Below are positions 17,871-26,348 of a DNA stretch of 58,903 bases, piece after piece; the stretch's first letter is position 1; every line of letters starts with the position of its first letter. Made by a program: the position numbers and the translations under genes. The notes below the pieces were generated by a model that was not told the DNA's origin, searched no databases, and saw only the letters and a program-made list of their open reading frames with translations. This DNA comes from an uncultured Gammaproteobacteria bacterium (GTDB taxonomy: Bacteria; Patescibacteriota; Microgenomatia; Levybacterales; UBA12049), in NCBI GenBank assembly GCA_964477485.1, contig CAYZEE010000001.1:1-58903 (forward strand), given 5' to 3'.

Positions 17871-17899
17871 ATTATAGCCTATGGAGAGGTAATTGTCAA
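17871..17899 (-). promoter_or_regulatory. Perfect consensus sigma-70-type promoter: TTGACA-17 nt-TATAAT, 8 nt upstream of ATG (leaderless)
   Basis: The minus strand reads TTGACA attacctctccataggc TATAAT tccgtgat ATG. The -35 is at 17894-17899 and the -10 at 17871-17876. Confidence 0.65.
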
Positions 17900-17934
17900 C
17901 CTATAGTTATTTAGCTACCCTTGGGGGAGATAAT

Positions 17935-18303
17935 CTACGTAGATTCGAGGGTGGTGATTCGCTCTTCGTGATTCTTCAATCTTTCCTCATGTCTTCTATA
18001 TTGAATTACTCCTGCCGCATTTTCTTCTCTAAGTGTCTCAACATTTCCTACAAATCCATCTAGCTTAATTTCGATTCTATCGAGTTTTTTGTCAACTTTA
18101 TCAACTTTTTCTTCGATATTTTCAACTCTTTCTTCAACTTTTAAAATCTCATGTCTTAAGGATTTTTCAACTTTTCTTAGGTCTGTCTTTAAAGCAAATT
18201 TCTTTAAGTCTTGTTTTGTTGCTAAATCAATTCTTAAGGCTTTTTCAAGCTTTCGCAGATCTTTTTTTGTCGCTGGATTATTTGAGGTAGAATTTCTTGC
18301 CAT
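17935..18303 (-). CDS. Small (122 aa) coiled-coil protein, unknown function
   Basis: Highly charged K/E/L/R-rich heptad-like sequence (KKDLRKLEKALRIDLATKQDLKKFALKTDLRKVEKSLRHEILKVEERVENIEEKVDKVDKKLDRIEIKLD). No TM segment. Confidence 0.6.
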   Translation of the reverse strand: MARNSTSNNPATKKDLRKLEKALRIDLATKQDLKKFALKTDLRKVEKSLRHEILKVEERVENIEEKVDKVDKKLDRIEIKLDGFVGNVETLREENAAGVIQYRRHEERLKNHEERITTLEST

Positions 18304-18311
18304 GGAGAATT

Positions 18312-18342
18312 AGTATAACACTACCAGTTTCCTGCTTGTCAA
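18312..18342 (-). promoter_or_regulatory. Promoter TTGACA-19 nt-(TGt)TATACT, 8 nt upstream of ATG 18303 (leaderless-type)
   Basis: The minus strand reads TTGACA agcaggaaactggtagtgt TATACT aattctcc ATG. Confidence 0.45.
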
Positions 18343-18365
18343 TATGACAAAGTGGGGCTTTTTGA

Positions 18366-18374
18366 TGGTATAAT
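18366..18374 (+). promoter_or_regulatory. Extended -10 (TGgTATAAT), 6 nt upstream of GTG start 18381
   Basis: TGGTATAAT catgga GTG. The possible -35, ATGACA, has a 19-nt spacer. Confidence 0.4.
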
Positions 18375-18380
18375 CATGGA

Positions 18381-19538
18381 GTGAAAGTTGCGCTTGTTTA
18401 TGATAGGGTCAATAAGTGGGGAGGGGCAGAAAGAGTACTTATCGCGCTTCATAAAATTTTTCCGGACGCGCCTTTATATACTTCTGTTTACGACAGACAA
18501 AAAGCTCCCTGGGCAAAAGTTTTTGATATAAGAACTTCTTTCCTTCAGAAATTTCCATTTGCTTCAGGAAATCATGAATTATATGCAACTCTTATGCCTT
18601 TGGCTTTTGAGAATTTTTCTTTCGACGAATATGATTTAGTAATTTCCGTAACAAGCGAGGCAGCAAAAGGTATTATCACAAAACCTAAAACTCTTCATAT
18701 CTGCTATTGTCTTACGCCGACTCGGTACTTGTGGAGTAGTTATAATGACTATTTTAGAAATTCATATCTGCGGTTTTTTTCAAAACCTGTTATTTCATAT
18801 CTTAAAACTTGGGATAAAATAGCTGCGCAAAGACCGGACAAATTTATTGCAATTTCAAAAGAAGTTCAAAAAAGAATAAAAAAATACTATAAAAGAGAGT
18901 CGATTGTAATTTATCCTCCTTTAATGCTAAGCTCTTCAGGTCTGACGCATTTTTCAGGAGACGCTCGCAGAAGTTTATTAAAATCACAAACGCCTCTCCG
19001 CCCGCTAAATGAAAGTCGATACCAACGTAAGGATTCAATGCTCAATGGTCGATATTTTCTAATTGTTTCCCGTCTTGTTCCTTACAAAAGAATAGATATT
19101 GCAATTAAGGCATTTAATAAATTGAAGCTGCCGCTAAAAATTATAGGAACAGGCTTTGAAGAAGGACGGCTTAAAGCGATGGCTGGGTCCAATATTGAGT
19201 TCTTAAGCAACTTGACTGAACAAGAATTGGTGGGGTATTATAAGGATTGTCATGCTCTTGTCTTTCCCGGCAAGGAAGATTTTGGTTTAGTTATTTTGGA
19301 AGCCCAAAGTTTTGGTAAGCCGGTAATTGCATTAGGAGAGGGAGGAGCGCTTGAAACAATTGATAAAGACAAAACAGGTATGTTTTTTTATCCGCAGACA
19401 CATGAGGCTCTTACAAAAACAATTAAAAAATTTATGACCAAAAAATTTGACCCGCAGGATAGTATAAAACAAGCACAAAAATTCAATATCGGGATTTTTA
19501 AAGAGCAACTAAACAGAGAAATAAAACTGTTATTATGA
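18381..19538 (+). CDS. GT4 glycosyltransferase (GTG start) with a ~40-aa insertion at the interdomain linker
   Basis: VKVALVYDRVNKWGGAERVL.. N-terminus. C-terminal FPGKEDFGLVILEAQSFGKPVIALGEGGALETI. The insert SSSGLTHFSGDARRSLLKSQTPLRPLNESRYQRKDSMLNG lies between YPPL and RYFLIVSRL. Confidence 0.8.
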   Translation: MKVALVYDRVNKWGGAERVLIALHKIFPDAPLYTSVYDRQKAPWAKVFDIRTSFLQKFPFASGNHELYATLMPLAFENFSFDEYDLVISVTSEAAKGIITKPKTLHICYCLTPTRYLWSSYNDYFRNSYLRFFSKPVISYLKTWDKIAAQRPDKFIAISKEVQKRIKKYYKRESIVIYPPLMLSSSGLTHFSGDARRSLLKSQTPLRPLNESRYQRKDSMLNGRYFLIVSRLVPYKRIDIAIKAFNKLKLPLKIIGTGFEEGRLKAMAGSNIEFLSNLTEQELVGYYKDCHALVFPGKEDFGLVILEAQSFGKPVIALGEGGALETIDKDKTGMFFYPQTHEALTKTIKKFMTKKFDPQDSIKQAQKFNIGIFKEQLNREIKLLL

Positions 19539-20617
19539 AGATTGCAATTTTTGCCGGTGGAGTTGGGACAAGACTTTGGCCTATCTCCAGAAAAAACACA
19601 CCGAAACAGTTTGAGAAAATAATTGGAGAAAAATCCACTCTGCAGCTTACTATTGACAGACTATTACCTGCTTTTAAATTAAAAGACTTTTATATTGCAA
19701 CAGGCAAACGTTACGAGGATATTGTCCGTTCTCATCTACCAAACATTCCAAGTGAAAATTTTATTTTTGAGCCTGAGATGAAAGATGTTGGACCGGCCGT
19801 CGGCCTTGCAATGTCAGTAATTGGGAAAAACCATCCGGATACACCTGTTGCGATTATCTGGAGCGACCATTTTGTTAAAAAAGAAAGAAGATTTAGGGAA
19901 GTATTAAAAATGGCAGAAAGTCTGGTCTCAAAAAATCCTAATTCCTTAATTTTAATTGGTCAAAGAGCCCGTTTCGCAAACCAAAATCTCGGGTGGATAG
20001 AATTCGGAGATAAACTTGCGCAAATACGAGGTACGAAGATATACCGTTTTAACAGACTTATTTATAGACCTACGCTTCCACAGGCGCAAGAATTTCTTAA
20101 AGATAAAAATTTCGCCTGGAACCCTGGTTATTTTGTTACAACACCAAGATTTATTCTTTCTCAATATAAAAAATTTACACTACAGACGTATAAGGGCTTA
20201 ATGGAAATTCAAAATGCAGTTTCTAAAAGCAGCTATAATTCAACTCTTGATAAAACTTACCCGGCTTTTGAAAAGATAAGTTTTGACGATGCGATTTTGC
20301 AGAAGATAGATCCCAAGCGCATATCAGTTATTGCCGCAGATTTGGGCTGGAGCGATATAGGAGCCTGGGAAGCTTTGAAAGAAGCTCTTGAAGTTTCAAG
20401 TTCTGAAAACGTAACTCGCGGAAAAGTACTTCTGACTGATTCTTCAGATAACTTGGTTTTTAATTATGCGGATCAATTAACTGTTGGGATAGACTTGGCT
20501 GAAATGATTGTGATAAATACGGATGATGTTCTGCTGGTCTGCCATAAAAAATCTGTCCCCAAAATTAAAAAATTAGTAGAAAGTCTGTCGGGAACACCAA
20601 ACGAGCATCTTACGTAA
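19535..20617 (+). CDS. manC: Mannose-1-phosphate guanylyltransferase-like nucleotidyltransferase (no cupin/PMI domain)
   Basis: N-terminal MKIAIFAGGVGTRLWPISRKNTPKQF signature of ManC/CpsB-type NDP-sugar pyrophosphorylases. Confidence 0.75.
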   Translation: MKIAIFAGGVGTRLWPISRKNTPKQFEKIIGEKSTLQLTIDRLLPAFKLKDFYIATGKRYEDIVRSHLPNIPSENFIFEPEMKDVGPAVGLAMSVIGKNHPDTPVAIIWSDHFVKKERRFREVLKMAESLVSKNPNSLILIGQRARFANQNLGWIEFGDKLAQIRGTKIYRFNRLIYRPTLPQAQEFLKDKNFAWNPGYFVTTPRFILSQYKKFTLQTYKGLMEIQNAVSKSSYNSTLDKTYPAFEKISFDDAILQKIDPKRISVIAADLGWSDIGAWEALKEALEVSSSENVTRGKVLLTDSSDNLVFNYADQLTVGIDLAEMIVINTDDVLLVCHKKSVPKIKKLVESLSGTPNEHLT

Positions 20618-20631
20618 TCCTACACATAGTT

Positions 20632-21297
20632 ATGCCATACATAGAAGTTAAAAAAAGCCTATATTATGAAACAGTTAAGAGAATAATGGATATCTTATTC
20701 TCCACCTTATTAATAATATTTTTTTCTCCAATTATTCTTCTTGTTGCCATAGCAATAAAACTTGATTCAAAGGGACCAGTCCTGGCTGATACACCAGAGC
20801 GAATCGGCAAAAATGGAAAAACTTTTAAAATGTATAAATTTCGCTCAATGGTTGAAAACGCCCATGAGCTTCTTCGCCAAAATCCCAAATTTGCAAGACT
20901 TTTTAAGGAATACAAGCACGGAAGTTATAAGCTAAAAGATGATCCAAGGATTACAAAAGTCGGACGTTTTATTCGTAAATATTCTTTAGACGAGATTCCG
21001 CAATTCTTCAACATCTTAAAAGGAGAGATGAGTTTGGTAGGACCGCGAGCATACTATCCCGATGAACTAGAGGAACAGCAGAAAAAGTATCCCAGGACTA
21101 CAAAATCAGTTAAAATCGTTCTTTCTGTAAAACCGGGCCTTACGGGGTATTGGCAGGTTTCAGGCAGAAGTGAGATAAATTTCGATAAAAGGATCGAGAT
21201 GGATGCATCGTATGTTCGCAAAAGGTCAGTGTTTTATGACATTTGGATTATCCTCGAAACTCCCTGGGCAATGCTTTCAGGCAAAGGCGCCCTGTGA
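20632..21297 (+). CDS. Polyprenyl-phosphate sugar-1-phosphate transferase (small WbaP/PglC-type initiating PGT)
   Basis: Re-entrant N-terminal helix followed by the conserved KFRSM...DEIPQFFNILKGEMSLVGPRA core. Confidence 0.9.
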   Translation: MPYIEVKKSLYYETVKRIMDILFSTLLIIFFSPIILLVAIAIKLDSKGPVLADTPERIGKNGKTFKMYKFRSMVENAHELLRQNPKFARLFKEYKHGSYKLKDDPRITKVGRFIRKYSLDEIPQFFNILKGEMSLVGPRAYYPDELEEQQKKYPRTTKSVKIVLSVKPGLTGYWQVSGRSEINFDKRIEMDASYVRKRSVFYDIWIILETPWAMLSGKGAL

Positions 21298-21312
21298 CAG
21301 TCAAGCTTAGGA

Positions 21313-21342
21313 TTGACATAGGCGTTCGTTTCGAGGTAACAT
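21313..21342 (+). promoter_or_regulatory. Promoter TTGACA-18 nt-TAACAT, 6 nt upstream of ATG 21349 (leaderless-type)
   Basis: TTGACA at 21313-21318 and TAACAT at 21337-21342, followed by atacta and then ATG. Confidence 0.5.
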
Positions 21343-21348
21343 ATACTA

Positions 21349-23343
21349 ATGGAAGGATTCGAGAAGATAGATTTAGATCCTGTTTCAGCTAATCCAACTC
21401 CCCGAGAAATTTCTAAGTCAGTACCAGATTTTAAGATGAGAAGCAGAAAAAAAGGATCCGCTTTTTTTAAGAATAAAAATGTCATAAGAGTTATTATTGT
21501 ACTTATTATTTTAGTCATTATTTCTTCATTTGCTGTTATATTGCCGGCTCAAAAGGTGCTTCAGAATTCCAAAAAAACCTATGCTCAGGTAAAAGCTACT
21601 GTTGATGCTGTAAAAAAACAAAATATTGAGCTGGCATCTGCGGAATTGACAAAAACTACTGCTGATTTAACCGAGACGCAAAAAAGCCTTAATTCTTTGG
21701 GGTATCTTCAGTTTATTCCTATTGCCGGTTGGTATTACAGCGATGCAAAACATTTAGTAGCGGCAGGATTTTATGGACTTGATGCTGCAAACGTACTTAT
21801 AGAATCCGTAAGGCCTTATGCTGACGTGCTGGGGCTTAAGGGACAGGGAAGTTTTGTGGGCGGAACAGCAGAACAGAGAATAGAAACCGCTGTTAAAACT
21901 ATGGGAAAGGTTACTCCTCACATTGATGATATTTCAAAATATCTAAAAGATGTAAAGACAGAGGTAGATGCCGTAGACGCAAACCACTACCCGTCTTTTT
22001 TAGGATTTCGTAAAATTCATGATTCTTTATTAAGCCTGCAAAAAATAGTAGATGAGGGATCTTCTTTTGTAGAACAGGCAAAACCGCTTATTAAAGTGCT
22101 GCCGAATCTTCTAGGAGAGCCTGATAGCAAAAAATACCTTGTATTATTTCAGAACGACAAAGAACTTCGTCCTACAGGCGGATTCATAACAGCTTATTCA
22201 ATCTTTAATATAGACAGAGGGAAAATTAATGTAGAAAAATCCGACAACATTTACAATCTCGATCTTTCAATCCCCAATAAACCTGAGGCTCCTGAGCCTA
22301 TCTTGAAATATCTGCCCAATGTTTATCAATTTAATATAAGAGACAGTAATCTTTCCCCGGATTTTATAGACTCCATGAAGACTTTTAACTCTATGTATAA
22401 TAAATCCTCCCAGAAAGAGAACGTGGATGGCATTATTGCCCTGGATACTAATGTTTTGGTATCAACGATAAAAATATTGGATAATAATGTTGAAGCTGCC
22501 GGTATGACATTTACAACAAATAACGACCCTAGGTGTGATTGTCCACAGGTAATTTATCAGCTTGAAAGCAGCATAAGTACCCCTCTTAGCGTTGATCTTA
22601 AGACATCAAATCTTGAAGCTATTCAGGCAAGTAGAAAAGACATAATAGGAGAGTTATTATTTGCTATTTTGAATAAAGCTTTGAAATCCTCGCCTAAGCT
22701 TTATTGGGGAGCATTATTTCAGAATCTGTTAACGCAAATAGACCAGAAACATGTTTTATTCGATATTTATGATGCCGATGCCCAAAGAGGATTTGAGGCT
22801 CTTAATGCAGCAGGCCGCATAAAGTCGTTTGATGGAGACTATTTACATATAAATGAAGCAAATTTCGGTGGACAAAAGTCTAATCTATTTGTTTCACGAA
22901 GCGTCACGCAGAATTATCAAGTAAAAAGCGATGGAAGTATAGTAAAAACGGTCACAATTAATTACAAAAATCCTTATCCTGCCTCTGATTGTAATCTTGA
23001 AAGAGGGAACCTTTGCCTAAATGCAATTTATAGAAATTGGTTTAGAATTTATACTCCTGTCGGAAGCACCCTTATAGACAGTCAAGGATCAGAAGTTAAG
23101 ATGAAATCCCATGAGGGTTTAGGAAAAACTGTTTTTGAAGGATTTTTAACTGTCAGACCTGAAGGTACGGCTGCTTTTACTATCTCTTACCGCTTGCCTT
23201 TTAAGGCAACTGGCATACTGCCGCTTCTTATCCAAAAACAGCCAGGAACTTATAATGATCCATATGCCATCGAAGTTAACAACAATACGGTTGATAAATT
23301 TAATCTCTCCACAGATAAAGAGCTTAAAATAAATCTTAAATGA
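21349..23343 (+). CDS. DUF4012-like membrane-anchored extracytoplasmic protein
   Basis: N-terminal TM segment and a long exported domain with the characteristic LFQNDKELRPTGGFITAYS block. This family commonly neighbours sugar-transferase genes. Confidence 0.7.
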   Translation: MEGFEKIDLDPVSANPTPREISKSVPDFKMRSRKKGSAFFKNKNVIRVIIVLIILVIISSFAVILPAQKVLQNSKKTYAQVKATVDAVKKQNIELASAELTKTTADLTETQKSLNSLGYLQFIPIAGWYYSDAKHLVAAGFYGLDAANVLIESVRPYADVLGLKGQGSFVGGTAEQRIETAVKTMGKVTPHIDDISKYLKDVKTEVDAVDANHYPSFLGFRKIHDSLLSLQKIVDEGSSFVEQAKPLIKVLPNLLGEPDSKKYLVLFQNDKELRPTGGFITAYSIFNIDRGKINVEKSDNIYNLDLSIPNKPEAPEPILKYLPNVYQFNIRDSNLSPDFIDSMKTFNSMYNKSSQKENVDGIIALDTNVLVSTIKILDNNVEAAGMTFTTNNDPRCDCPQVIYQLESSISTPLSVDLKTSNLEAIQASRKDIIGELLFAILNKALKSSPKLYWGALFQNLLTQIDQKHVLFDIYDADAQRGFEALNAAGRIKSFDGDYLHINEANFGGQKSNLFVSRSVTQNYQVKSDGSIVKTVTINYKNPYPASDCNLERGNLCLNAIYRNWFRIYTPVGSTLIDSQGSEVKMKSHEGLGKTVFEGFLTVRPEGTAAFTISYRLPFKATGILPLLIQKQPGTYNDPYAIEVNNNTVDKFNLSTDKELKINLK

Positions 23344-23885
23344 GAAGCTATAAAGCAGAAGGTATTGTTCTTAAAAGAAAAAATGTTGGCGAAACAGATA
23401 GAATTTTGACTTTTTTTAGCAAAACTTATGGAAAAATCCAAATTAGAGCGCCTGGTGTTAGAAAAATTACAAGTAAAAGATCTCCGCATATAGAACTTTT
23501 AAATTTTTCAGTTTTAAGTATATATAAAAGTTTTCATTCCTCTCTCCCTATTGTCACAGAAGCACAGACCTTGGAAAGTTTTTCAGGTGTTAAAAGATCA
23601 CTAAAAAAGATCGGCATGGCATTTTATATCTGTGAACTTGTTACCAGTTTTTGTCCCGAGAATCAGGAAAACAAGAAAATATTTTTTCTTCTTAAAGATA
23701 CCTTACGTTGCCTGGATAATTCTCTTGATGGATCATCCTTGGTTCTGGATAATTTTGAAAATGAGTTTCTTGAGCTTCTTGGTTTTATGCCAAAGTCATT
23801 TTTAGCTTATGATAGACAAGCTTTTATAGAGAATATTTTGGAGAAAAAATTAAAGACTAAAAAGATACTTTCCTCTCTAATCTAA
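23340..23885 (+). CDS. recO: DNA repair protein RecO (short form, 181 aa)
   Basis: N-terminal OB-fold signature YKAEGIVLKRKNVGETDRILTFFSKTYGKIQIRAPGVRK. Shorter than the usual RecO. Confidence 0.8.
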   Translation: MRSYKAEGIVLKRKNVGETDRILTFFSKTYGKIQIRAPGVRKITSKRSPHIELLNFSVLSIYKSFHSSLPIVTEAQTLESFSGVKRSLKKIGMAFYICELVTSFCPENQENKKIFFLLKDTLRCLDNSLDGSSLVLDNFENEFLELLGFMPKSFLAYDRQAFIENILEKKLKTKKILSSLI

Positions 23886-24377
23886 TCTGTCGACAACAAG
23901 AAATGTGGCAACGTCAAGGATTAGTAGAATGAATGTTACCGCCGCATAGATAAATGAAATTCTAAGATAAATATAATCAAAGCTGATTCCGTTTAGTATA
24001 AAAGGCAGCGCGAAGAACATAAATATAGACCAGAGAATAAGAAGTCCAAAAAAGGAAGAAATTTTACAGACTATTCGCCAGAGGGAATTTTCCAAGCTGG
24101 ACAAAGCTATAAGGTTTAATGACCCCAGGACCGTAATAACTAGTAAAAATATATGATATATTCTAAGACTTTGAGTCCACGGTGCGTTTAAGAAAAATCC
24201 TATCGCCCGTATATTACTAGGTACGCGAAGAAGAGCAAGGTGGGGTGGAGCAAATAGGATATCAACTGCGAATACGTTCAGTAAAAAAATAAAAAAAATA
24301 ACAATATACACAACCTGAAGAAGCGTAGCATAGTAATCCGTTTTTGCATCAATTTTGTCTTTAGTCTTGGTTTTCAT
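23877..24377 (-). CDS. Polytopic membrane protein (166 aa), unknown function
   Basis: Five hydrophobic segments. Convergent 9-nt overlap with recO. Confidence 0.55.
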   Translation of the reverse strand: MKTKTKDKIDAKTDYYATLLQVVYIVIFFIFLLNVFAVDILFAPPHLALLRVPSNIRAIGFFLNAPWTQSLRIYHIFLLVITVLGSLNLIALSSLENSLWRIVCKISSFFGLLILWSIFMFFALPFILNGISFDYIYLRISFIYAAVTFILLILDVATFLVVDRLD

Positions 24378-24397
24378 ATAATTTATTATTACAATAA

Positions 24398-24922
24398 TTA
24401 CTCAACACTGATGTTATAGACAGGATGAATCTCATTCCATAAATGAGTTGTGTCTAAGACATGCTGGCCTATAACGGTAACCCTTTCACCGTTTTTTGGA
24501 AGATAAACATTATTCTTAAACCCTCCGCAAGCCTTCTTTGGAGCGGATTCAGTAATCTTTCCGACACATACAATTTCGACAACAAGTTTATCCTGATATG
24601 CCAGTTTATTCCCAAAATTGAGAGTCCATCTATATTGCGGGTCCAGAGTCAATCCAAATTTATAATCTCCATCAGGAACGCGATCAATGCCACTGACTAT
24701 TCCTGACACCTTAACGCAATTTTTATAGACGATGAGTCTAAAAGGATGAAAAACATGATCCAAAGATTCATTATTTAAGCAATCCTTAAAATTTAGATTT
24801 TGTCCAGGCTTTTGCGGTAAAGTTCTCTCATTTGCGATTATCATAGGGATTATAATTATAAACAAGAGGAAACTAAAAAATCCGGCAAGGAAGATAAGAA
24901 TATTTTTTGTTCTCTGAGTCAT
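24398..24922 (-). CDS. Membrane-anchored or exported protein (174 aa), unknown function
   Basis: A single N-terminal TM/signal anchor, then a soluble domain with several Cys residues. Confidence 0.55.
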   Translation of the reverse strand: MTQRTKNILIFLAGFFSFLLFIIIIPMIIANERTLPQKPGQNLNFKDCLNNESLDHVFHPFRLIVYKNCVKVSGIVSGIDRVPDGDYKFGLTLDPQYRWTLNFGNKLAYQDKLVVEIVCVGKITESAPKKACGGFKNNVYLPKNGERVTVIGQHVLDTTHLWNEIHPVYNISVE

Positions 24923-25010
24923 ATAAGCGTTATCTACTTAGATTAGCAAAGCACATCCTCAAAATCAAGCCAAGACGGTAGCTTCTCCTCTTTTTTTAAT
25001 TTTCTCTTTT

Positions 25011-25019
25011 TGTTATTAT
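25011..25019 (+). promoter_or_regulatory. Extended -10 (TGtTATTAT), 6 nt upstream of glyQS ATG (leaderless-type)
   Basis: TGTTATTAT aggagc ATG. The AGGAG here lies only 1 nt from the ATG, too close to act as an SD. Confidence 0.4.
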
Positions 25020-25025
25020 AGGAGC

Positions 25026-26348
25026 ATGGAAGACGACTTGGTCAAGTCAGACTTGATGGAGAGGATTGTTGCCCTTTGCAAAAGGCGAGGATTTATTTTT
25101 CAAAATTCTGAAATTTACGGTGGAGTTAACGGGATTTGGGATTTAGGACCCATGGGCACCTTGCTTTCGGAAAACATTAAAAAAGAATGGAAAAATTCGA
25201 TAATTTTGTCCCGTGATGATGTGGTTGCACTTGACTCTTCAATTCTTGCAAATCCAAAAGTTTGGGAAGCATCAGGACATATTAAATCTTTTACAGATCC
25301 TCTTGTTGAATGTAAAGTTTGTCATGAAAGATTCAGGGCAGACCATAAAGATCAAATAGAAGAGCATGAGAAAGCCCATAAAAATATTTCGTGGACAGAT
25401 ATCAAGCAATTCAACTTAATGTTTAAAACTTTTATGGGACCAATAGATAATGAAGAAAATAAAACATATCTTCGTCCCGAAACAGCCCAAGGAATTTTTG
25501 TAAATTTTAAGAATGTTTTGGAAACCGGCAGGGTTAAAATTCCGTTCGGAATTGCACAGATTGGCAAAGGTTTTCGAAACGAGATAACAACAGGAAATTT
25601 TCTGTTCCGGGTCCGTGAATTTGAAATGATGGAGCTTGAGTTTTTTGTAAAGCCCGGTAGTGATAAAAAATGGCTTGAATACTGGAGAGAAGAAAGATTA
25701 AAGTGGTATTTAAGCCTGGGGATTAACAAAAATAATATTAAATTGGTTGACTTGCCAAAAGAAGATATCGCACATTATTCAAAAGGGACGAGTGAAATTT
25801 GGTACAAATGGCCGTTTATGGATTTTGGAGAACTTGAAGGGATAGCAAACAGAGGCGATTATGATTTATCACAGCATGCGAAGCATTCGGGGAAAGACAT
25901 CAGCTATTTTGATGAAGGAACCAAAGAGCATTATATTCCCTATGTAATTGAACCATCTGTTGGGGTAGGACGGGCAATGCTTGCATTTTTACTTGATTCT
26001 TATTATGAAGATAAAGAAAGAGTGGTTCTAAAACTTAGTCCAAAACTTGCTCCGGTTAAAGTTGCGGTATTTCCGCTTCTTTCGAATAAATTACCTCTTG
26101 CAAAAATGGCGCAGGATATTTATCATAATCTTAAAAAACAGCTAAGCAATATTGTTGCCTTTGATAGCAGAGGAAACATCGGAAAGAGATATTACTATCA
26201 GGATGAGATTGGAACGCCTTTTTGTGTAACAGTTGATTTTCAAAGCTTGGAGGATAATACGGTTACCATTCGATACAGAGATACAACGAAACAGGAAAGA
26301 ATCAAGAGGCAAAATTTAGTAGATTTCTTTAAAGAAAAATTAATCTAA
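25026..26348 (+). CDS. glyQS: Glycine--tRNA ligase (homodimeric class II GlyQS type)
   Basis: RRGFIFQNSEIYGGVNGIWDLGPMG, RPETAQGIFVNF and FRNEITTGNFLFRVREFEMMELEFF motifs. Confidence 0.92.
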   Translation: MEDDLVKSDLMERIVALCKRRGFIFQNSEIYGGVNGIWDLGPMGTLLSENIKKEWKNSIILSRDDVVALDSSILANPKVWEASGHIKSFTDPLVECKVCHERFRADHKDQIEEHEKAHKNISWTDIKQFNLMFKTFMGPIDNEENKTYLRPETAQGIFVNFKNVLETGRVKIPFGIAQIGKGFRNEITTGNFLFRVREFEMMELEFFVKPGSDKKWLEYWREERLKWYLSLGINKNNIKLVDLPKEDIAHYSKGTSEIWYKWPFMDFGELEGIANRGDYDLSQHAKHSGKDISYFDEGTKEHYIPYVIEPSVGVGRAMLAFLLDSYYEDKERVVLKLSPKLAPVKVAVFPLLSNKLPLAKMAQDIYHNLKKQLSNIVAFDSRGNIGKRYYYQDEIGTPFCVTVDFQSLEDNTVTIRYRDTTKQERIKRQNLVDFFKEKLI

